A stretch of DNA of 63,482 nt, filler included, from Octopus bimaculoides (GCF_001194135.2; 6 parts of 6 records of this genome joined end to end with filler, not necessarily neighbours in it); one strand, 5' to 3'. Positions 13,836 to 28,981 are shown, counted from the whole stretch's first letter. The notes: generated by a model not told the origin, from the sequence alone. Translations and numbers: made by a program.

Positions 13836-15984
13836 GTGTTCATATAGGTGCAGTAGGCTGAACAGTTAAGAAGTTTGCACCACCTAGTCTAGAAATCAAA
13901 CTCAAAGCCTTATGATTGTAAATCAAACACCCTGACCACTAGGCCACATAACTTAGACAGACAAACATAGATAAATATTGATAGATAGATAGATAGATAG
14001 ATAGATACATACATACATACATACATACATACACACACACATACATACACACATACATACATACATACATATGAGTACATATATAGATATATATACATAC
14101 ATAAATATGTGTGTGTGCGTTGTGTGTGTGTATGCACGTGAGGGAGAGAGTGCACGTGTGTGTGTGTGATAGCATTTTGATCACAAGTATTTCTTTTTAC
14201 AAAGTAATTCTACAGACAAAATGAAGAGAACTCTTGTTTTTGTTGGGGTTTTTTTTTGGGGGGGGGGTTGTAATCTAGGGTTCCGGGTTCAGTCCAACTG
14301 CATGGCACCTTGGACAGGTGTCTTCTACTATAGCCTCAGGCCGACCAAAGCCTTCTGAGTGGATTTGGTAGACGAAAACTGAAAGAAGCCCATCGTATAT
14401 ATATATATATATATACATATATGTATGTGTGTGTATATGTTTGTGTGTCTGTGTGTGTCCCCCCAGCATCACTTGACAACCGACTTAATCCATTTGTCTG
14501 TCCTTGTTTGTCCCCTCTATGTTTAGCCCCTTCTGGGCAATAAAGAAATAAGAAGTTATCAACTACTTCTAGAGAACTGAGTATGGATGCTCTTACTGCT
14601 AACCTCTCCATGAGTTTGCTTCTTATCTGATTGCATAACTTGTACATCTATTGAACATACTGTTCAGTATTCCAAATTACTCTTTTTCTGTATACTGAAC
14701 ATAGCCACTTCCTGATAGTAGTTGAGTACTGTCTTCTTTTCTGTTAAATGAAACTTTTGTCGCTGCTTTGTTTACATTAAGACATCTCAACTATTGGCTT
14801 TGCTTTCACATCTGGAATATTTTTCTCTAATTTTACAATAGGTTCAGTTATGAACACTGATCATCAGCATGGAGAAGTTCCTTTGAACACACTGTCTAAA
14901 ACTCATCAGTTATGGCCTGGCAAACAATATGAATAGAAACTGAAGCCATCAGCTTTTGCAATCAAAAAATATAAAAGAAAGAAAGAAAAAGGCATAAATA
15001 ACATAAGAAAAAATTTATTGAATCTATCCTCTGACAGGGATACATTCAATCATGCTTCAGTCTAACAGTGCACAGACTACTTCAAAGAAAAATTATACTA
15101 TGCGGAACAAATCCTTCAAAGAAGTAGAACTCCAAACATACATCATTTGATTGAACACATTTTAAAGCAGGAGAAGCAAGAGTATAACTAGAAATGTCCT
15201 GTCATTCATAAAAACAAAAAAACATTTCCCTACTAACCATAAATATCACAAGTTCTTTAATGAGAAAATGTAAAAGTCAGCTACAGTTACATGTTTAAAA
15301 TATCACAACCAAATATCCAGTTGTAATTGACATTATAAAGCAACAAACATGAAATAATCGCATTGTAGTAGAATTACAACAACAGTATATCTGGACAGTT
15401 TGATACAAAAAGCACCACTAAAGCACCAGTATATAAAGTTAGTATAACATCTCCATAGGGTTTTGAAAAGAACTACACAGGACATATGGAGAATACATTT
15501 AAAAGCAGGCACATTTATTCCTTAATATTCCAAGATAAATAAATTCAACTACACTATACCAATATGCTTGAGAACTGAATTGTTATCATCTCTACAATCC
15601 TGTCAATTGCTGAAATCAGAATACCATATTCCAAGGGATGACAATGAAGCAACATATCTGTAGAAGAACCACTAAATGGATAAATATGTCATTAAAAAAA
15701 TGTATTTTATCTAACCAACTACACTTTACTTATAATATGTTGCAATAACATCAGAGTTAATAGATCCGCTTCATCAACATGAAACCTGGAATTTGCAAAC
15801 CACAAAGCAAATTGCATACAACCAATGTAACACACAACTCAAACTGTTACACTGGACACACATGCACAACATTTTCTCATCGATTGACCATGCATTTATA
15901 ATAAGGAAATAGTGAAACTCATTATAATACAGAGCACAGAATAAAATTAATTAGAAAACCATTAGTTGATAGCACTGCTGTTCT

Positions 15985-16379
15985 TTTATTCTTTTACTTG
16001 TTTCAGTCATTTCACTGCGGCCATGCTGGAGCACCGCCTTTAATTGAGCAAATCAACCCCAGGACTTATTCTTTGGAAACCTAGTACTTATTCTATCGGT
16101 CTCTTTTGCCGAACCACTAAGTTACGGGGACGTAAACACACCACCGTCGGTTGTCAAGTGATGTTGGGGGGACAAACACAGACACACACACATATATATA
16201 TATATACATATATATGACGGGCTTCTTTCAGTTTCCGTCTTCCAAATCCACTCACAAGGCTTTGGTTGGCCCGAGGCTATAGTAGAAGACACTTGCCCAA
16301 GGTGCCACACAGTGGGACTGAACCCAGAACCATGTGGTTCATAAGCAAGACATTTACAACACAGCCATTCCTACGCCTG

Positions 16380-16380
<1 letters not shown>
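15985..16380 (-). mobile_element. tRNA-derived CORE-type SINE family B (GGCACCTTGGGCAAGTGTCTT) with internal (TA/TG)n and 3' GCTCCAGCATGGCCGCAGT, near full-length copy
   Basis: Multi-copy in the window: 4585 (+), 6826-7077, 14280, 17110-17740, 19215-19745 (+), 58490-58860, 58990-59110 and others. Confidence 0.85.
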
Positions 16381-16421
<41 letters not shown>

Positions 16422-16422
16422 T

Positions 16423-16455
<33 letters not shown>

Positions 16456-16802
16456 CACACACAACTGCATGTTCAGTCCCACTGCATAGCATGCACACAC
16501 ACACACACACACACATACATATATATGTATGTATATGTGCACGTATAGACAGAGAAACCAGCAGATAAATAGATGGATGGATAGATGGATGGATGGATGG
16601 ATAGATAGATAGGTAGAGAGAGAGATAGACAGATAGGCATATATATTTATATGTATTTATATATATACACTCACGAAGCTGCAATTGGTCTAGGGCTATA
16701 GGAAAAGAGTTGCCCAAGATGGCATGCAGTGAGACTGAACCTAAAACGATGTAATTGAGAAGCAAACTCCTTAACTACACAGCTATGTGTGCATATATAC
16801 AT

Positions 16803-16859
<57 letters not shown>

Positions 16860-19497
16860 AATATATATACAAATATATATATACATATATATAAAGGTTA
16901 TGAAAGGTAATGGAGTCAACCAGACCCAAATGATACAGGTAATAATGAGTAAGTGCTGTATACCGACTAGTTTCCCTGAAACAGTTGTAAGACATTCTAC
17001 ATAAAATATAAATTTATTTATGCCATTGGTCTCTTTATCTCATTCTTTTTTTATATACATATATATATGTATACGTAGGTATGTATTTACACACACATAT
17101 GTATATATTCTTTTATTCTTTTACTTGTTTCTGTCATTTGACTGTGATCATGCTGGAGCACCACTTTAAAGAGTTTTAGTTGAAGAAATCAACCCCAGGA
17201 CTTATTCTTTGTAAGCTTAGAACTTACTCTATCAGTCTTTTTTACTGAACTGCAAAGTTACAAGGACGTAAATACATCAACATCGGTCATCAAGCGGTGG
17301 TGGGGGAACAAACATAGACACAAAAACACACACATATAAATACATACATACATAGACGATGGACTTCTTTCAGTTTCTTATTTCTGTATTGCCTACAAGG
17401 GGCTACACACAGAGGGGACAAACAAGGACAGACAAACGGATTAAGTCGATTACATCGACCCAGTGTGTAACTGGTACTTAATTTATCGACCCTGAAAGGA
17501 TGAAAAGCAAAGTCGACCTCGGTGGAATTTGAACTCAGAACGTAACGGCAGATGAAATACCGCTAAGCATTCTCCGCCTTCTTTCAGTTCTTTTAGTTTC
17601 CGCCTACCAAATCCACTCACATGACTTTGGTCAGCCTGAAGCTATAGTAGGAGGCACTTGCCCAAGGTGCCACACTGGAATTGAACCCGGAACCATGTGG
17701 TTGGGAAGCAAGCTTCTTACCACACAGCCACACCTGTATATGCGTACATATATATGATGATGATGATGATAAAGCATGCACATAGCTTCATCATCAATGA
17801 TATGAGAGATATGCAATTCCCTGAGGAAATCAATTTAAACTGGTGCATCTGAACAAAGATTCTTTGTAGTATTTATTCGCTGCAAGTTACACAGCTGCAC
17901 ACGCATGTCACTTCCCCCACCCCCATCAGAAAGACAACGAACTAGTGCCTGGCTTGTTGGGAACCTCTAACCAATTATGCTGTCGTCCACAAAAAGTACA
18001 GCCTAACACATAAATAAATAAATAAATAAATGAATGAATGAAGGAATGAAGGAATGAATGAATGAATGAATAAGTGATTGGAATAAATATTCAGAATATG
18101 ATGTAAAAGAAAAAAAAAATGAAGCAGTGAAAACAATTATAAGCCATTGATACACAGCAACAAAGAAACTCATTTCTGTCACTCTCTTGTCTTAGCAAGT
18201 CACAATGAATCTCAACAGACTAAGATAGTTTATGTAACTGACAGACACAGTCGTCTCAGCTGCTAACTACTATTGCTGGTGATGATGGTGATGATGGTGA
18301 TGATGATGATGATGATGATGATGATGACGATGATGATGGTAGTGATGGCAGCAATGATGACAACAGGCACAAGTATGGCTACAGGAACATGTATGGCTGT
18401 GTGGCAAGAGGTTTGTTTCCCAACCACATCATTCCGGGTTCAGTCCCACTGTGTGGCACCCTTGGCAGTTGTCTTCTACTATAGCCCAGGGTTGACAAAA
18501 GCTTTGTGAGTGGATTTGCTAAACAGCAACTAAAAGAAACCCATTGTATATAAATATATATATATCATCATCATCATCGTCATCGTCATCGTCATCGTTT
18601 AACATCCACTTTCCATGCTAGCATGGGTTGGACGATTTGACTGAGGACCGGTGAACCAGAAGGATGCACCAGGCTCCAATCTGATCTAGCAGAGTTTCTA
18701 CAGCTGGATGCCTTTCCTAACGCCAATCACTCAGAGAGTGTAGTGGGTGCTTTTACATGCCACTGGCACAAAGGCCAGTCAGGCAGTACTGGCAACAGCT
18801 ATGCTCAAAATGGTGTATTTTACGTGCCACCTGCACAGGAGCCAGTCCAGCGGCACTGGCAACGACCTCGCTCAAATGTTTTTTCTTTCTTTTTATGGCA
18901 ACGACCTCGCACGAATTAAAAAAAATTTTTTTATATATATGTAATCATAGACAATGAAAAATGGTATATAAGTTAATTAATTATTTATTTAACCATATAT
19001 AATATATATATAGACAATATAAATCTATTATTGTCTTTGCATATTATAGATGGTTGAATAAATAATTAATTTATATACCATTTTCCATTGTCTACTTTGA
19101 TTATTAAATTCTCCGGACCTGAAAGCATTATCTATTAGGGAAAATAATTCATTGGATAACCTGTTTGTTTGTTCTTTGGTCCCCTTATGAGATATACTGG
19201 ACATCTATTTGGACTCAACTCCAACTTTTGCTTACCAACCACATGGTTCCGGGTTCAGTCCCACTATGTGGCACCTTGGGCAAGTGTCTTCGACTATAGC
19301 CTCGGGCTGACCAAAGCTTTGTGAGTGGATTTGGTAGACGGAAACTGAAAGAAGCCCGTCGTATATATGTATATGTATATATATATNNNNNNNNNNCCAA
19401 AGCTTTGTGAGTGGATTTGGTAGACGGAAACTGAAAGAAGCCCGTCGTATATATGTATATGTATATATATATATATGTATGTATGTGTGTGTGTGTG

Positions 19498-19539
<42 letters not shown>

Positions 19540-20149
19540 TGTGTGTGTGTGCGTTTGGCCCCTAACATCGCTTGACAACCGATGCTGGTGTGTTTACCTC
19601 CCCGTAACTTAGCGGTTTGGCAAAAGAGACCGATAGAATATGTACTAGGCTTACAAAGAATAAGTCTTGGGGTCGATTTGCTCAACTAAAGGTGGTGCTC
19701 CAGCATGACCACAGTCAAATAACTGAAACAAGTAAAAGAGTAAAAGAGTATATATATATTCATATATGTATGCTGTGTGTGTCTTTGTGTTTATCCCCCA
19801 CTACTGGTGTCGTTTTGTTTACATCCCTGTAACTTAGCAGTTCAGCAAAAAGGGATAGATAGGATAAGTATGAGACTTAAACAAAAAAAAATTAATACTG
19901 GTATCAGTTTGTTTGTCTAAACCCTTCAAGGAAGTGCTCCAGCATGACAGTTTACTGGCTGAAACAAGTAAAAGATTAAAACATATAAGATGGTTGTGAC
20001 AATGATGGTGATGAGGAAGACGATGAGGAAATATGGCTTGGCAGAAGGAGACAGCAGTTGTCACAAGATTTTGGCAATTATTTTGTTGAGTTTAATGAAG
20101 ACACTGTCTGAGATTAGATGATAACAATAATGATATGATAATAAACGAT

Positions 20150-20371
20150 AAGTAATGATGAAGATGATGATAATGATGATGATGATGATGATGATGATGA
20201 TAGCAGACAAATATAATGAAAATTCTGATAATGATGATGATGATGATGATGATGATGATAATGACTTATGTGAACATTGATAATGTGATGTTAATGATGT
20301 TGACAACAAAAATAATGTGGCTCTTAATAATAACAATAATGATGATGGTGATGATGATGATGATGATGATA

Positions 20372-20423
<52 letters not shown>

Positions 20424-20453
20424 CAAATACCATGTGGACATTAATCATTTTGA

Positions 20454-20480
<27 letters not shown>
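20150..20480. repeat. (GAT)n/(GGT)n trinucleotide tracts
   Basis: Read directly; source of the poly-M/D/I/S pseudo-ORFs. Confidence 0.95.
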
Positions 20481-20486
<6 letters not shown>

Positions 20487-20769
20487 AGGTGGTTTTGGTG
20501 ATGGCGAGAACAAAACAACCATTATGTAAACATCAATCATTTCAGTGATGATAGTGATTATAGTGATGATGATGATAATGATGTTGACAAGGATGCTAAT
20601 CTTCCCAAAACAAAATTAATTTAACAGTTTTGTGATTAAAATTTTATACAAAACACTGGAATTTTGTTTTCTTTCATGTTCTCTTTTCCCATTGTCACTG
20701 GTAATGTAGCTGCTGTTACTGTTTCACCGATTGCTACACTTGAGATTTACCTCCTCATTAATAAGTTTC

Positions 20770-20816
20770 AAAGTGTGTGCGTGTGCGTGTGTGTGTGTGT
20801 ATGTTTGTGTGTGTGT

Positions 20817-20852
<36 letters not shown>

Positions 20853-21245
20853 GTAGGTATCTGTCAATATCTGTCTATTTATCTATCTATCTATGTGTAT
20901 GTGTGTGTGTATCTATCTATTTATCTACCTCTGTATGTATGTATGATGTGTGTGTATGTGTGTGTATGTAGGTAGGTATCTATCAATATCTATCTATGTA
21001 TGTGTGTGTGCATGTGTGTATGTATGTAGGTAGGTATCTATCAATATCTATCTATTTATCTATCTATATATGTATGATGTGCGTCTTTGTGTGTGTATGT
21101 AGGTAGGTATCTATCAATATCTATCTATTTATCATTGTATATATGTATGTATGATGCCTGTGTGTGTATGTGCGTGTGTGTATATGTATGTAGGTATCAA
21201 TATCTATCTATTTATCTATGTATGTATGTGTGTGTGTACATATGT
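20770..21245. repeat. Compound (TG)n / GTAGGTAGGTATCTATCAATATCTATC minisatellite
   Basis: About five copies of the GTAGGTAGGTATCT motif separated by TG/TATG tracts. Confidence 0.8.
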
Positions 21246-24200
21246 ATATTTTATCTTTTACTTGTTTCAGTCATTGGACTGCAGCCATGCTGGAGCAATG
21301 CCTTAAACTGTTTAGTCAAACAAATCAACGCCAATACTTTTTTTTTTTTTATTAAATGTGGTACTTATACTATTGGTCTTTTCTGCTGAACCACTAAGTT
21401 ATGAAGACATAAACAAACCAACATCAGTTGTCAAGCAGTAGTGGGAGACAAATGCAAACACAAACACACACATGTATAAGAAAATTTTTTTATTAATAAA
21501 TTTAGAAGCGCACCAAGTGAATTGCTATTTTACAGAAAATAAAGTAAATCTCAAACACAGAATAGATGTGTAAACAGTTAAGATTAGGTAAATACCCTTA
21601 AAAGATGGAAAAGAAGTGTTCTCTTTCTTGTTAACTCTCTCTCCTTCTCACTCTCTCTCTCTCTCCTTCTCCCCCTCTCTCTCCTTCTCCCCCTCTCTCT
21701 CCTTCTCCCCCTCTCTCTCTCTTTCTCTCTTTGGCCAGGTTGCTAGGTACCTCCTCTACAGCAAGACACCTGTTTCTGCCTCTCTGTCTCTCTGTCACAC
21801 TCTAATCATTCATCGTTTGATACAAGATTACCTCCTGCAGGTTACTTGGTGACTCTGCTGGTGCTGGTGCTGGTACCATGTCAAAAGCGTCCAATCCACA
21901 CTGTAAAATGGTTGGCATTTGGAAGGGCATCCAACTGTAAAAACCTGTGCTGAAACTGACCTCACCTGTACTGGTGCCACATAAAAAGCACCCAGTTCAC
22001 TCTGCAGGGTGGTTGGTGTTAGGAAGGGAATCTAGCCATAAAAACCATGGCAAAACAAACACAGAAGTCCTGTGTCATCTTCTGCTTGAATGGATCCTGT
22101 CAAACTGTCCAACCACGGAAGATAGACATTAAATGATGATAATAAGCGACTACTGAGAATCAAATCCTGTACCTCTTAAATTCTGGTTGAACACTTCTTT
22201 GTAACCATTAATCTAAGCAACCCCTGACAACAAATATCATCTTTTTCTAGTTTTATAAATATATATTTATATCTGAAGATATATATTTATCAAACTAAAG
22301 AAAACAATTATTAAATGCTTGCATTTATATGTTTCTAAATGCATTCATGTTTCTTTTTCAAAGAAAAAATACCACACACTGAAACAATAGTTTGCTAATG
22401 AAATTTGGGAAATGGAAGTATATCAAAGCCAACATGTGTGTAGGTGGTGTACATATTCATGGAATATGGACAGGAGTAATGTATAGTGTGCATATGAACA
22501 GGAGTAATATATAATGTGCAGAGTTCATAGGGTGTTTGTGTGGACATATGATGCGTGGATAATGTCATTTACATTATTTAATACTAACTTAAAAGCCACA
22601 CTCCGTCCAGACCTCTAAGCTAGCTCCTGCGTTGGAGTAATTGGCCCTGCAGCCCAAAATTGAAGAGAGCTAAATAGCATGACTGTAATACATCTATAAT
22701 GGTTATATGTCCCAGGGGTGTTTGATCAGAGATTAAAGACAGATGAGAGTTCTGTTATACAATCATTCTATTGTTCCTGTACCAAGTTTAATTGCAACTA
22801 TTGGCCAATTTGTCCCAAAGTTCTTATCTCGACATAAAATTAATGAAGCGAATGTCATTTATCTCCCCTTGATCTCTGACGTCATCTAACAAATGCCAAC
22901 CAAGATGGCATGAATCAGCCAAGTTTTACCTGCTAGAAATAGCAACTCATATGCTTTTAAATCCCAATGCTGGATGTTCAAGAACCAAATGCAGGGCAGA
23001 TTTTCAATCCCAAGATCATCCTGATTCCAGAAACGTATAATATGTCTATGTAGAACAAATGTAGACTGAGATATAGGGGTCTCGGACAGAATTTCACGTT
23101 TATTATTATTATAGATGGAAAGGTATTCTATATGAAACACTCGGTAGCAGACAGAGACAGACTATAAACTTTCTGTCTCCATCTGCTTAAATGTTAAATG
23201 CTTAAATCCAGTGCATGCATCTGTGCGAATATGTGTACAGACGTGTGTGTGTGATTAAGTGTGTGTGTGTATTTATATCTATCTGTATTGCTGACGTTTT
23301 TACATTTTTCTCTGTATGTATTTATGAATGTGTACACTACAAGCACATATGTCAAAAAATATATTTTTTTGTGAGCAAATACCAATACAATAACACCTCA
23401 ATATATGAATTTGTTCCCAGAGATAACTCCTAAAGCAAAAACTCATAAAGCAGAGCAATAATTTCCCATAGTAACTATGTTATGAATCGTAATTTGTTCC
23501 TCAAAATATATTCTACCAATAAAATTTACAATACTCCTAAACAAATGGCAATAAAACAACAGTAGCATGTAAAGACTATTTTATATAAAGTAAAAAGAAT
23601 GTCAAGATCATTAATAATAAAAGATATTATTATTATAATTGTTTTCTGAATTACTTTCACTCGCACCAGACTTGTGCACACTATTACTTATAGACGTGAT
23701 TGCCGATTCACAAGCACTCATAGACAGACTTGTAGCTTTCGTTTTAAAAAACAAGTCTAGAGTTGTTTGCTTAGAAGAACCTGTTTTTTTTTTTTTATTT
23801 TGTTCTCTATAAATTTCTCAGTAATATGCAGAAGCGTTTGTTATGACAGTAGAGACTTTTGCACTTCATTCAAAATTTGGATCTTGGGCTTGAAAAATAA
23901 AACTTGTAAACCCAAGGTCTCGTAAAGTGGGTCCTCCTAAAGTGAGGTATTATTGTACACATGTTAAATATGACCCACATGTGTGTGTACGTTTAANNNN
24001 NNNNNNNNNNNNNNNNNNNNNNNNNNNNNNNNNNNNNNNNNNNNNNNNNNNNNNNNNNNNNNNNNNNNNNNNNNNNNNNNNNNNNNNNNNNNTATTGAGC
24101 GAAAACACCTAAAGCTACACGAGGCTCCGGCAGGGGATGATGGTGAACCCTGCTGTACTCTTTCCCCACAACTTTCTCTCACTCTTTCTTCCTGTTTCTG

Positions 24201-24474
24201 TTGTACCTGTAATTCAAAAGGGTCAGCCTTGTCACACTGTGTCATGCTGAATCTCCTCCGAGAACTACGTTAAGGGTACACGTGTCTGTGGAGTGCTCAG
24301 CCACTTGCACGTTAATTTCACGAGCAGGCTGTTCCGTTGATCGGATCAACTGGAACCCTCGTCATCATAACCGACGGAGTGCTAAAAGAGAGTGTGTGTG
24401 TGTTTATATATATGTATTTGTAATTTTTAAGCTGATTTCAAAAAGATTTAATTAGTATGACTGCCACAACTCAC

Positions 24475-24562
24475 TTGTTCCAAATAGTGCAAGGACAAAT
24501 TAATATATTTGGCTTCAGTCAACAGCAGGCCATTAGCACCACTTTTAGCAACTCGCTCAGAT
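24475..24562 (-). CDS. KIF6: KIF6 motor exon (SERVAKSGANGLLLTEAKYINLSLHYLEQ)
   Basis: cag|A...CAA|gtgagt, 88 nt. Completes switch II DLAG|SER; EAKYINLSL motif. Followed by a ~16.3 kb intron. Confidence 0.96.
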
Positions 24563-25757
24563 CTGAAATATAACAAAGGCAATCAATTACCAATATTCTT
24601 GCAGACTGCTTTAAAAATAATCCTTTCATCTATTAATACAATTTCTGTTTTATTAATATCATGGAATATGCTTTTCTAAGTTACGATGAAAGAAACAAGA
24701 AGAGGGCATTTCTGATGCCCTGGAGACGGTAAAGTAATCCAACACTTTTGTGTGGGTATTTCCTCAAATAACCCAAGGTAGACGGCTACTGGAGATTCTA
24801 TTTATATATTCTTCTATTCTTTTACTTGTTTCAGTCATTTGACTACAGCCATGCTGGAGCATCGCTTTTAGTCGAGCAAATCGACCCCAGGACTTATACT
24901 TTGTAAGCCTAGTACTTATTCTATCAGTTACTTTTGCTGAACTGCATCATCATCATTAAGACACCGAGCTAGCAGAATCATTAGCACGCCGGGAAAAATG
25001 TTTAATGGCGTTTCATCTGCCTTGATGTTCTGAGTTCAAATTCCACCAAGGTCAACTTTGCTTTTCATCCTTTTGGTGTTGATAAATTAAGTACCAGTGA
25101 AACACTGGGGTTGAAGTAATCGACTAGTCCCCTCCCTCAAATTTCAGGCCTTGTGCCTTTAGTAGAAAGAATTATTGCTATTATTATTATTATACTACTA
25201 GGGTCAATTCATTGGACTAAACCCTTCAAGGTGGTGCCCCAGCATGGCTGTAGTCGAATGGCTGAAACAAATAAACAATTAGAGATAAAAGATATAAACA
25301 TACACAGTCAGATGGACAGACAGACAGACAGACAGATATCCACTCTGACATCTAATTACCTTTATTTTTTATCTCAACCCAGCTCCACTCAATCACTCTC
25401 TACCTCTCTTCTAAAATGTCAGTGGTCATGTAGCCCCTCAACAGCAAGAAACTTGATTCTGGCCCTTTCTCTCATGCAAAAGTATGACCCTTCAGCTCGT
25501 ATCATAAAGTTGTCCCTTCAGGATTTGTAACCTTGCAAATTACTTGGTAACTGAAACCAGTGCTAACGGAAAGGGGAAAAAAGACCCCAGTACATGCTAT
25601 AAAGGGGCATTAGGAAGGCTGTCCAGCTGTAGAAACAATGCCACAGCAGAGATTGGAGCATGATACAGTCCTTGGCCCTTTAGATCCAGCCAACCCATGC
25701 CAGCATAGAACATGGATGATAACTAATGATGATCATGATATGGATATATATACATAC

Positions 25758-25876
25758 CCTGCAAGGTCAACAAGATGAAGTTTAGATTTTCGGAGAGAAG
25801 TTGAACCAATCTGTCGAGAAGTGAGATGAATTGTGAATATACAGTGTGAACGAGTAGAAGCCTGATTCATCGGAGT
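25758..25876 (-). CDS. KIF6: KIF6 motor exon (TPMNQASTRSHCIFTIHL...SKLHLVDLAG)
   Basis: cag|ACT...GG|gtatgt, 119 nt. Switch I STRSH and switch II LVDLAG. Earlier exons not found before the linker at 28449. Confidence 0.96.
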
Positions 25877-28283
25877 CTGAAAATGTAAGAAAAGTAGATA
25901 TAATTTTGCTGAGACAAAGATATCATGATAAAAATGATAACAAATAATGTAATGACAGATATTATTTATCTGATTACTATGAAATTGTTAAGAGTCGATG
26001 AGAGTACCTCTATACGTGCATTTATTGCAATGAAAATGGCAGCCAAACGGTCCTCAAATCATACTCTACAATCTTTAAAACATGACACAGACACAGAGTG
26101 TGGGAAAAAAAAGGGAGTAAAAAAGGGTGTTAGTCATATGTGGGATCTCATGGTTCATAGGTTTGCTCAATTATGGCTAAACTGAGGCTAAACATCAGCT
26201 GATATAAATAGCAGTCAAATCTCCTCAAATCACACACCATTGCCTTCGGTATGGGATTTTATATCTTTTACTTGTTTCAGCCATCAGACTACGGCCATGC
26301 TGGAACAATGCCTTGAATAATTTTAGTTAAATAAACTGACCCCAGTACTTATTTTTTTAAGCCTGGGACTTATTTTATCAATCATTTTTACCAAAGCATT
26401 AAGTTACAGGGGTGTGAATCCACCAACACTGCTTGTCAAGTGGTGAGAGGACAAACACAGACAGACACACACACACACACACACAAGTCACATATCTATG
26501 TATGTATGTATCCACATGTATCTACGTGTATAGCTAAACCATGATCTATACATATGCAGACCAAGGTCCAATCAAATGAGATATATATATATTGTGTACT
26601 GTTCCATGATGGAAAGATCAGCAAAAAAAGTACTCCATCTGGTGAGTGATAAATAGTATTTAATAGACATAATACATGCTTTTATGTGGTAGTAATAGAT
26701 TCTTGTGCTGAGAACATGCCAAAACGATGCATACCTTGTGAGCACATAAATTCTTTCGCAAAAAATCTGCACAGTCAAACCATTTTGATTCACCTGTCCA
26801 CCAGTTTTGACGATAATCAAACTAAATTTCCATCATTTTGAACTACTTACCCAATGAGTATTTCTGGCAAATTTGGTGAAAATCTGTTCAGCCATTTTCC
26901 AGTAATTTTGCAAACACACAGACAATAAGTGACTAGAATACTCTGCTTTCACTTATGTGAGCAGGATAATAATGGAATTGGATGGTGACAGAGAGTCATG
27001 GGAATCAACAAAAAGAGAAAAAAAAATGTCTTTCATATCATCAGTTCTTTTGTTCATGGAAGACCAGCAGTCGCCCATGCATATCATGCCTCTCCTCTCC
27101 ATGCCACTGATGTTATCCAAGAGGAAGGTAAAGGCTGATACAGCCTGGCACCAGTAACATCGCAACTCATTTCTACAGCTGTGTGAACTGGAGCAATGTG
27201 AAATAACATGTTTTGCTCAAGAACACAACACACCCCAGTCTGGGAATCAAACTCACAACGTCACGGTGGCACAGATATGCACAACATCATTTTTAAAACA
27301 CCAATTTTCCATGCTCGCATGGGTGTGACAATATTTATTGAAGCATATTTTCTATGGATGGATGCCCTTCCTGCCACCAACCCTCACCTATTTCTGAGTG
27401 GTGTATATGTTTCCCCATGTCTACAAGCATCTTAACAAAAGATTTGAAATGAAGGATACTGCTTGCATGATGATGACACTCACAACAATCACACAATGAG
27501 ACAGTAACACACTCACACATATACATGACAGACTTCTTTCAGTTTCTGTCTAACAAATTCCCTCTCAAAGTTTGGGTCAGCTTGAGGCAATAAGAGAAGA
27601 CACTTGCTCAAGATGCTATGCAGTGGGATTGAACCTGAAACCGCGTCGTTGAGAAACAACCTTCTTATCACATAGCCATGTTTCCTTTATTTTCTCTCCT
27701 TGTTTCTTTCTGTATTCCTTTCTGTGGAAGAGCATAGGCTTAAAACGTTAAAGACTTTTTCACTTCTCAAGCATTAAACTAATACATTTGTTTGTTGTCT
27801 GCACTACCTGTCATCGTCTGTTGGTTTTTTGTGAATTCTCCCTATATATATATATGTGTGTGTGTGTGTGTATGTGTGTACATATATATAAGGCCTAGGC
27901 CAGTGTTGCGTAACCAGCCCATTTAAGAGTACCCTTCAATTGTCAAGCAATATGCTATGCTTCCAAAGACCTGTTGAGTCAAGTGAAATCATTGTCATGA
28001 CCGTTGCCAGTGCCGCCTGACTGGCTACCATGCCAGTGACATGTAAAAAGCATCATTCGAGCGTGGTCGATGCCAGTACCGCCTGACTGACTCACGTGCT
28101 GGTGGGATGTAAAAAACACCCACTACACTCTCAGAGTGATTGGTTGGCATTAGGAAAGGCATCCAGTTGTAGAAACCTTGCCAGATTAGACAGAAGCCTG
28201 GTGCAGCCTTTTGGCTCACCAGTCCTCGGTCAAACCATCCAACCCATGCCAGCATGGAAAGCAAACATTAAACGATGATGATG

Positions 28284-28321
<38 letters not shown>

Positions 28322-28448
28322 TAATATTTCTAAATCTCTCAGAGAGATTTAAGCAGTAGTGGAGCGACAAAGTTGTAGTATATTGTCAACTTAATGTGAC
28401 AATCCCAATAAGGGAATACACTACTGCTGTTTAGCCCTAGGAAGCTGG

Positions 28449-28548
28449 NNNNNNNNNNNNNNNNNNNNNNNNNNNNNNNNNNNNNNNNNNNNTTAATTAA
28501 TTAANNNNNNNNNNNNNNNNNNNNNNNNNNNNNNNNNNNNNNNNNNNN
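28449..28548. other. Artificial scaffold linker N44-TTAATTAATTAA-N44 (also 33480-33579, 52665-52764, 57603-57702, 61270-61369)
   Basis: Five identical 100-bp spacers. TTAATTAATTAA places stops in all six frames. Confidence 0.97.
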
Positions 28549-28840
28549 GTTCACCAGTCCTCAGTCAAACCGTCCAACAAAGCACCCACTACACTCTCGG
28601 AGTGGTTGGCGTTAGGAAGGGCCTCCAGCTGTAGAAACTCTGCCGAATCAGATCGGTGTCTGGTGTCGCCTCCTGGTCCACCAGTCCTCAGTCAAATCGT
28701 CCAACGCATGCTAGCGTGGAAAGCGGACGTCAAACGATGATTATGATGATGTGTCCGAGGAATACTCAACCACTTCACTTGCTAGCACTATTTAAGAGGC
28801 AATCACACACACAGAAAGAAATAAAAACCTTTTTACTAAC

Positions 28841-28981
28841 CATTTTAGTGTATAACTTGCTCTTCTTCAAGTGTTTCTGTAATTCAAGTAACGACGAGAC
28901 CCACCTCTGGCGCTCATTCTCGTTGTCGGCGAGAATCAACACAGAGTGAGGAAATGCAGGGTTCAGTCCTCGCGTTGTCAC
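28841..28981 (-). CDS. CDC42BPA: MRCK/CDC42BP (genghis khan)-like kinase exon, PH domain C-terminus (VTTRGLNPAFPHSVLILADNENERQRWVSSLLELQKHLKKSKLYTKM)
   Basis: tag|GTG...ATG|gttagt, 141 nt, phase 0-0. Resembles MRCK 'ILMLADTENEKNKWVGVLSELHKILKK'. The symbol denotes the family, not strict orthology. Confidence 0.88.

Noticed and set aside
14560-15960. ~1.4 kb non-microsatellite stretch in the KIF6 intron with short open frames, considered as a nested gene or pseudogene
   Set aside because: Frequent stops in the frames I examined, and no recognisable motif or consistent exon structure.
19310-19465. Apparent direct duplications flanking 10-N gaps (also ~36445-36515 and ~34995-35070)
   Set aside because: Identical sequence on both sides of a 10-N gap is typical of unmerged contig overlaps.
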